Both the position numbers and the translations under genes were made by a program. A stretch of 64,000 bases of DNA from Rebecca billardiae RCC1528 (Eukaryota; Protista; Haptophyta), in contig OZ251238.1 of NCBI GenBank assembly GCA_965240325.2, positions 248,001 through 312,000 on the forward strand. The letters run 5' to 3'. This document shows, one piece after another, positions 56,997 through 64,000 of this stretch (position 1 is the stretch's first letter; each line of letters opens with the position of its first letter). The notes under the pieces are model-generated. The model worked only from the letters and a program-made list of their open reading frames with translations, searched no databases and was not told where the DNA came from.

Positions 56997-57270
56997 AGTC
57001 TGTCTAGCGGAGCAGTGCTGCGGTCTGCGAGCTGCCAGTGCCACTCTCGGAGGCGCCAGTGCCAGCCGAAGGCTGCGCTACCAGGCCGCCAGCATTGCCA
57101 TTGATCAGCAGCGCACGGCTCCGCGGAGCCGCAGCGCCCGCAGCCGACTAGCAGCCATTGTCAGCGCGAACGACCAAGTACGAGTATACAACTAGCTTAT
57201 GTGACAACGCCAACGGCGTGAACAGCAGCAGCAGTAGTCGTTACTCGCATCAATGAAGCGATGACTGCTA

Positions 57271-59594
57271 CAGGCAATTAATCGCGGGCAATAAGAATAA
57301 GTCAGTACAGCGTCAGCTAGTAGAGATCTGGCGTCACGCGCGGCTTATTGTCTCGGTTCAATGATGGCGCTATACTTATTTATTAACTTATTATGGCCCG
57401 CGGTGCAGGGCGGAGCGCGCAGCGTGGAGCCCGCACCAGCGGGCCCGAACAACGTTTCAAAAAGATCTTTGATCAAGAAAAAAGGGACGGGGGACGATTT
57501 TCATGGCTGGAGGAGACCGAGTTTCGAATTTTGAGACTCCCTTACAGGTGCATTAGCGTCGAAAAAGGTCGCGCCCACGGCAAGTTCATAGTAAAGCGTG
57601 GAGTGACGCCCGTCCAAAAAACTTCACGCCCTTTAGGATCCCTAACGTAACGAACCGTTACAAGCGAATTTTTCGGCCAATGATATTCAACTTCAAGGAG
57701 CGACGACGTTTGATGATCAAATGTTGATCGCGCCACCACAACGCAATCTTCATACTATCTCCCTGGCCGCCCGTCGCCTGTGCCGGATCCCGACCGGGTC
57801 GGTAGGTTTGAGCCCGCTGAGAAGGGCTCACTCAGCAAGCCGAGGGGTGCCTCGCGCCGGCGGCGCTGCGCACGAGGCGTTCAATCCGACGGACTCAGCG
57901 CAGGTGCGCGCGGCTGCGGCGGGTCCCGACGGTCATCGGCGTCGCTTTCGTGCCCCGCTCACCCCGCGCGCCCCGCCCTGCCGATCCCTCTTTGGCCCAG
58001 TCAGTGCGGTTTCCAACCGAGCACGACCGGCGGACCGACGAATCGATGTCAACGCCCGCGCGCGGAGAGCGGTCGGCGACGGTACGAGGAGGAGACCGCG
58101 GGGCATCCTAACGCGTGAATCCAGGCCTACTCCGCAGGTGACAGCAGCATGGGGTGTCCCTCGAGTTCATCGTTTATTGACTGCGCAGCCGTGAGCTGAC
58201 TCACCGGTGCCAATGAAGCTGCCGAGTAGCTTCAAGCTCATCGGACGATGCTCCGCTCGCGTGTGATATTATGGGTGCGAATGCGCGACGTGGCGCGTGG
58301 GGGCGAGGCGAGTTTCTCGCTGTGTTTCCAGCTGACCATGCGCGCGCCCGCGCGCGCCACGCCGCACGCCGCGCAGCTGAATTCTCGGCGTGTTGAAGCG
58401 CGGGGCCTCGCGAGGACGTTCCGGCTCAGCCGTCTGGCGCCGAGCCTGATCTGCAGTGCGGAGCCTTCGCCTGATGGACGTTTTGTCGGGATGTGGAGCA
58501 GCCACCACGGCCATCTCGCTCGCCCAAGCCCTCGCTCGCGCCGTCCATGGCCGAGCTGTGATGGATTTTGCTCTCGTCCGCCGCATCCGAGCTGTCTCGA
58601 GTCTCGACGGCTTGACTGGCGCATGGGCGGGCGTTTGGCGCGCGAGCTCGGACCGCGCGCTGTTAGAGCGGCGGCTCTCACTCACTCAGTGACTGAGAGC
58701 CAGCTCTCGGGCGCTGATGGGCACGACGGATGCCTGACTGCCTGACACGAAAGCCCACAGGCTCAGATCTGCGCGGCCAGCGGCGAGTGGATGAGTCCGC
58801 GCGACTGATGCAGCGAGGTGGCATATGCGACGGGCGACGCCGTGCCGTGGCGGTGACGGAGCGGGTGGCACAGCTGCACCGCGGGCCCCCAACTACGTTG
58901 GTTCTGACGGAAGAGGACCGCGGAACGCGGTCATTATAGCCGTTGGCCGTTCCAGGTTAAGGTAGTAGCCCGATATGATGAGTGGCGAGTAGTGAGCCGC
59001 CGGCACGGCCCGGCAGAGTACTCGTAGTCCGACTCGCGGAGTCTGGCAGCAGTACGCGATTCGTCCGTTAGCCGCCGGAGCTAGCCGTGACGACCCGCTC
59101 GCCCGCGCAGGCGCGCGGGGGGCGCAGGCGGCAGGGGGGCAGAGCCCCCCCGCCCCCCGCTGACTCACTGAGTCTTATTCACCAGTAGGCCCGGCCGGCG
59201 AGGCCGACGAAGTCTATATGTTTAAAATTTGGGCGGCCATTTTGGAGCAGTACATCTGGCATTGTTGCATGGATGCTGCGGTGCACTGGCCAGGAGTCAG
59301 TCAATAGGTCAATAGGTCAATAGGTCAATAGTCAATCATCAGGAGTAGAAGTCGGGACTTCGCCCGGTACTCGTATAGTCGTAATCGAGCCGCGCGCCGC
59401 GCATCCCACGGGCACTGCGCCTCGGCGGACCACTCGTCAGCAGCGACGACGTAGTCCCTGTTTCTTAGTGCGTGACTATGCGTACGTAGCGAACCAGCCA
59501 ATCGCTACTGTAGTTTCAGTCTACTCTAGGCCAGATCCGCAGATAGAAGCCCCAGTTTCTTAACGTGACAGCTCCTATTGCCCGCGATTGCCTG
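57271..59594 (-). mobile_element. TIR-bounded repeat unit B, inverted paralog of unit A
   Basis: Ends CAGGCAATTAATCGCGGGCAATAA and TATTGCCCGCGATTGCCTG. Internal homology to 16739-17115 and 18960-19035. Confidence 0.8.
57395..58887. mobile_element. Possible PIF/Harbinger-like non-autonomous element nested in unit B
   Basis: 14-bp inverted repeat GGCCCGCGGTGCAG / CTGCACCGCGGGCC bounding a block absent from unit A. The TSD is not clear. Confidence 0.55.
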
Positions 59595-59732
59595 TCGTAC
59601 TCCGCACCCTGCTGACGACTCGTCTCCCGGATTAGCTCGTAGTCGCCATCATCAGAGTCATCGATCGTCAGCAGTAGCACTGTAGCATAATAGAGCCTAT
59701 AGTCGTTAGACAGCAAGTCTACTCGCGTATCA

Positions 59733-59822
59733 TCTCTCTCTCTCTCTCTCTCTCTCGTCTCTCTTACTCTCTCTCTCTCTCTCTCTCTCTCTCTGGCTCT
59801 CTCTCTACTCTCACATACTCTC

Positions 59823-59882
<60 letters not shown>
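59733..59882. repeat. Interrupted (TC)n microsatellite
   Basis: Directly visible. Confidence 0.97.
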
Positions 59883-59885
<3 letters not shown>

Positions 59886-60575
59886 CTAGCAGATATGCTT
59901 ATATATATATAATTATAGCTGCTTAGAGTATAGTCGCCGCCGTCGCCGTCGGTCGTAAACTCGTCCGGACGACGTCCGTGGACCGTGAGTCGATCGAGTC
60001 CGGGACGTCTGCCCACGTAGTCTGCGACGTATAATCGCCTAAGCCCTGCAAACTACCCGCTGCTGGCCGTGCCCGTAACGCGGCGCGCGCGCTAACCGCT
60101 CCAGCAGCACCGCCGAGCCCGAGATCTCGTCCGGTCGTCTGTGAGTGTGCCGCAGTGTGAGATAGACTACTGCTGATGCTGATAGCAGCTGCTATAGCTT
60201 GAGTAACGGTGACGACGACAGTGCTGAGCGCAGAACTTATATTTTGAGTTAGTACGACTAACCGTACAGTACTACCGCGCTGACTACTAGAGCAACTAGA
60301 CAGAAATACTCACGTGCCAACAGCCCGAATGTCAATGACGAGCTCAGTCTGACTTGCAGTGAGTCAATAGAGCCATCATCAGACTTTCTTCGGAGCGCGG
60401 GCGGCGGCCACACGGTCACTGTCAGCGCGGCCGGGCCCGCGCGGGGCAGCGATCGGCTACTCAGGGTCATCTGCTGATGGCACTAAGGCTCGTCGCCAGG
60501 TTCAGGTTGACGGACGGTGCCTGCGCCGCGCGGCGTCGCGGGCAGTGCCCCCGGCCCTGGTTGGCGCCACGGGGC

Positions 60576-62477
60576 TCAGGAGGTCGGGTGCCGCTCTCTG
60601 CCACCGCCGCCGCTGCCGATGCCGAGCGAGGAGCTCGAGCGCATGGTGAACGAGCCCGAGCCGCGCGTGCAGCTGCCGGGAGCGCCGCCTGCGCGCGGCG
60701 CGGCGCTCGGAAGCGCTGTGCCCGGCATCGACGGGAACGAGTCGTGCCGGCTGGACGTGCGGCCCGTGTTGGGCGCGGATGCGGAGCCGTCCTCCAGCCC
60801 CTGCATGCGCCGTATCGTCTCGCTGAGCCCGTGCACCGCCGTTGCGAGCTGGTCGATGCGCGCGCCCAGCCTGCGCTCAGAGTCGCGCCCCTCGTGCGCG
60901 ATCTCGCGCAGCTGGTACGTGACCAGCTTGGTCAGCTCGTGCGAGCCGTCGGGCGAGTGGCGCACGCGGTGCCACTGGCCGAGCGCGTGGTCTGCGTCGC
61001 GCCGCGCGAGCTCGACGAGCAGCTCGAAGCGCGTCGGCGTGCGGATCGCCCGCCCGGCCGCGTGCGCGAGCGCGGATGTCGAGAAGGTGGTGGACCGGCC
61101 GCGCGCCGCGCCGCCCTGCCTGCCCGCGGGCGCGCCGGTCGCCGACCCCTCCCCCCCCTCCTCGCTGCGCGCGCCCGGGCTGGCGGCGGCGGCGGTCGGG
61201 TCCGCCGCCTCGCTCTCGCGCGCCTCCTCGGCCACGCCGGCGAGCGGGACCACGAGCGTCGGCTGCCCCCTCTTGCCCACGCTGCTCTGCCCCGACGAGC
61301 GGCGCGCGGCCGCGTGCTGCTGCTGCAGCGCGAGCGAGCGCGCGCGCCACCTGCGCTGCACGGCGCGCACGGCCCACTCCTGGAGCTCGCGGTCGCGCAC
61401 GGACTTGTCGACGAGCCAGATGAAGCGCGCCTCGTACTCCTCGAGCTTGAGGTGCCCCGCCATGATGCCCGTGATGATACTCGTGATCGTGATCCCGAAG
61501 AGGCTCGTGGCGAGCACGACAATCCTGCCGCCCCACGTGTTGGGGAAGACGTCTCCAAACCCGACGGTGGTGAACGTGATCAGCACGAGCCACACGCAGT
61601 TGGGGAAGGAGGCGGGCGACCAGAAGGGGCCCTCGGGCTCGCCGCGCGCGAGCGCGGCCTCGCGCTCGCACAGGTGGTACGCGTACGCCAGCGCGATCAC
61701 GCCGTACGTCGAGAGCAGCAGCAGCGAGGTGAACGGCGCGCGCTCGATGCGCACGCGGAACGCAAAGGACGGCGTCAGCGGCACCTGGCTCACGCGCGCG
61801 AGGATGCGCGGCTTGTCGTCGAGCATGTGCGACTCGAGCCAGACGGTGCGCACGACCATGAGCAGCCGCAGCAGCATCAGCGTGCTCAGCAGCTCGTGCG
61901 CGTTCTCCGCGCCCCACAGCAGCCACGGCCGGCTCGCACCGTCGCCCGGCGCGGCGCTCGGCTCTGGCGGCATCAGGTTCGCCGAGCGCAGCGCGAGGCC
62001 CGGCGGCGGGTGGATCGCCTTGACGAGCAGCTCGAGCGCCGCCGTCGCGAGCATGCGCCCGCCACCCGCGTGCGCGCCGCCCCAGAGCCGGCGCCACGAC
62101 ACGTACTGCACGCGGTGGTAGAGCGTGGTCGCGAAGAGCAGCAGCACAGTCAGCGCGCTCACCGCGCACTGCCCGGCAAAGAGCGCGGCCGGATCGGGGT
62201 CGAGGGCGGCCCACGCGTACTCGTTCAGCGCGAGCTGGACGGCGAGCCCGATGAACGAGAGCGAGACGCTCAGCCGGTTGCACAGCCGCAGCTGCACCAT
62301 CGCGGCGACCGCGCGACGCCGGTTGGTGCGCGGCGGCTCGACCGTCCGCAGATTGGAGCGCACGCTCATCCGGCGGATGACGGACGAGGGGGTGCGGCTC
62401 AGCGTCATCGAGGGGGTGCGGCTGAGCATTTGGTTCTCCCCCGAGCCCGGCTCGCCCAGGCCGCGCCGACTCGACAT
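60576..62477 (-). CDS. 6-TM potassium channel, SK/KCNN-like (633 aa)
   Basis: S4-like LMLLRLLMVVR, pore VWLVLITFTTVGFGDVFPNTWGGR, IQ-like AVRAVQRRWR after S6, and a C-terminal coiled coil. Confidence 0.9.
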   Translation of the reverse strand: MSSRRGLGEPGSGENQMLSRTPSMTLSRTPSSVIRRMSVRSNLRTVEPPRTNRRRAVAAMVQLRLCNRLSVSLSFIGLAVQLALNEYAWAALDPDPAALFAGQCAVSALTVLLLFATTLYHRVQYVSWRRLWGGAHAGGGRMLATAALELLVKAIHPPPGLALRSANLMPPEPSAAPGDGASRPWLLWGAENAHELLSTLMLLRLLMVVRTVWLESHMLDDKPRILARVSQVPLTPSFAFRVRIERAPFTSLLLLSTYGVIALAYAYHLCEREAALARGEPEGPFWSPASFPNCVWLVLITFTTVGFGDVFPNTWGGRIVVLATSLFGITITSIITGIMAGHLKLEEYEARFIWLVDKSVRDRELQEWAVRAVQRRWRARSLALQQQHAAARRSSGQSSVGKRGQPTLVVPLAGVAEEARESEAADPTAAAASPGARSEEGGEGSATGAPAGRQGGAARGRSTTFSTSALAHAAGRAIRTPTRFELLVELARRDADHALGQWHRVRHSPDGSHELTKLVTYQLREIAHEGRDSERRLGARIDQLATAVHGLSETIRRMQGLEDGSASAPNTGRTSSRHDSFPSMPGTALPSAAPRAGGAPGSCTRGSGSFTMRSSSSLGIGSGGGGRERHPTS

Positions 62478-63672
62478 GCCGCTGCGCTTTGCACACCACC
62501 GCCCCCCTCGAGCGCGATGGTGGCCAAACGCACGCCGGGCGTCGTGCCGTCTTTGGTAGCACCTGGTTCCCCAAAGATTCCCGATGACAGATGGACGGTT
62601 CCGATCCCAGAAGCTGGGTAAAGCACGCGTATTAATTTGGGATGCCGTGACGATTTCCCTTTATTGTCGGGGTAATTGCTTTGAACGGCTATACCACTGC
62701 CCTCGGTGCTCACTGCTCAGTGCTCACAACTGATGAATACGACAGACGATCAGGACTTCAGCTATCAATCATACGCACGCCCTCGTGCACACCTGTATTA
62801 TCGTCCGGTGGATTTGCATTTGGCACCTTTTTGTCCGCGCTGCCGCTGCCCATGTAACCTCGGCAACGCGGTTCGCGGTGGTCGAGCGAGACCTAAGCTG
62901 AGCTTAGAGCTCGGGGAAACAAACCGCGTCTCGATATAAGCCTATTTCTGCGAGCGTTACTCTCTCTAATTACCGCGCGTCCTGAACAGTCTGAATACGG
63001 AAAATCGTGAAGGCAAGTCGCCTTCGGCTGGGGACACCCGGTCTTAGTGGTGCTACGACGAGTGGCCATGTCTTCCAGCGCCTCGCGTTCGCGAGGCGTG
63101 CCCGAAACAGCTACACACTCACCGGTGCCCTGGGGCACCGGCGCAACCCGCATCCAACACTCCGCATATCGCAGACACGACATATCCACCCGCGCTTGCA
63201 CACGCACGCCCCCCCCCCCCGCCTGCTTGCTGACCATGAAAGGACTGGCCCCGGGTGCGGACGCCAAGCGCATGCTCATCCCGACACGACGGCGAACACC
63301 TGCGGTGTGCCTGTGCGGAGGCACTGGGGAGCGACACGCGGAGTGTGGGCCGCCCTCCTTCCTGAGCAGCGCCCGGCCCTCAGGTGGAGACCGCGCCCGT
63401 CCCGGCCTCCCCGCGGCGGCCGCGAGCCCCCCCCCCCCCCCCCTTTCCCCATCCTGCCCGTTTCGCGACAAACCCCTCTCCCCCCGAAACGCACGACGGG
63501 CCGCCGTGGTCCGGGGGACCGGCGGGGCCACTCCGGACCTGGGTTTTGAAATTTGATTTCAACCCCGCGCGCCGAAATGCCTTTGGCACCAGCACCGACC
63601 TCGCTCGCACCGCAGTGCTTCCGCACCCGCCCCCCGGCCCTCCGCAGCCCCGCGCCCGCCACACCGGCCACC

Positions 63673-64000
63673 ATGCCCCCTTACCAGCACGGCTTTTTCC
63701 GCGACCGTCTCAACAGCAGGAGCGCCTTGAGCTTCTTCCCCTCTTCCAACAACTTCGAGCGCGGGCTGCAGGTGGAACGGCCGAGCACCCCCACCGCCAG
63801 GCGGGATGCGGGCCAGCAGATGTGCACGACGATGATCAAGCTGAGCGCGCGCTGCCTGAGCGACGTGGCGCCCAACTCGCAAGGCGGGCGACTGCTCTCA
63901 GGACTCACCCAGGACCCCAAAGGCAATAAGCACGTTTTCTCCTTCACCGGCTCGGTGCTCGAGAACATGACCATCTGCCGCCGCCTGGCCACCAGCCTGT
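63673..64000 (+). CDS. 3'-partial ORF of unknown function (host gene or retroelement ORF1)
   Basis: ACCATG start. The frame is open to the window edge: MPPYQHGFFRDRLNSRSALSFFPSSNNFERGLQVE...KHVFSFTGSVLENMTICRRLATSL. Codon usage is GC3-biased. Confidence 0.55.
   Translation, partial: MPPYQHGFFRDRLNSRSALSFFPSSNNFERGLQVERPSTPTARRDAGQQMCTTMIKLSARCLSDVAPNSQGGRLLSGLTQDPKGNKHVFSFTGSVLENMTICRRLATSL

Overview
Very GC-rich eukaryotic nuclear DNA. The ultra-GC (GC)n-rich spliceosomal introns and bipartite plastid-targeting leaders suggest a haptophyte-like alga, possibly Pavlovales (inference only). About 18 protein-coding genes can be modelled, several with exon sums I checked for frame. They include mitochondrial NAD(P) transhydrogenase (6 exons), an SV2/SVOP-like MFS transporter, a bestrophin-like (UPF0187) channel, an MDR oxidoreductase, a very large homeodomain TF, a lumenal FKBP, an HHL1-like plastid protein, a sterol desaturase/FA hydroxylase, a GH18-like secreted protein, an R2R3-MYB, a PX-BAR sorting nexin, a PP2A catalytic subunit with a GC-AG intron, a pathogen-related SnoaL-like protein and an SK-like K+ channel. 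The intergenic DNA is mostly nested, non-autonomous mobile elements whose ends and target-site duplications (TSDs) can be read directly. These include an 8-bp-TSD TIR element in two copies (one carrying a solo LTR), a 399-bp-arm foldback just upstream of NNT, a CACTA/CMC-like element with intron-bearing cargo, Tc1/mariner-like, hAT-like and Harbinger-like elements, and a (TA)n-associated repeat. The most unusual pattern is that paralogous repeat copies diverge mainly by dense short insertions and micro-duplications rather than by substitutions. Most long ORFs in the supplied track are antisense shadows caused by high GC. I found no rRNA, tRNA or CRISPR array.
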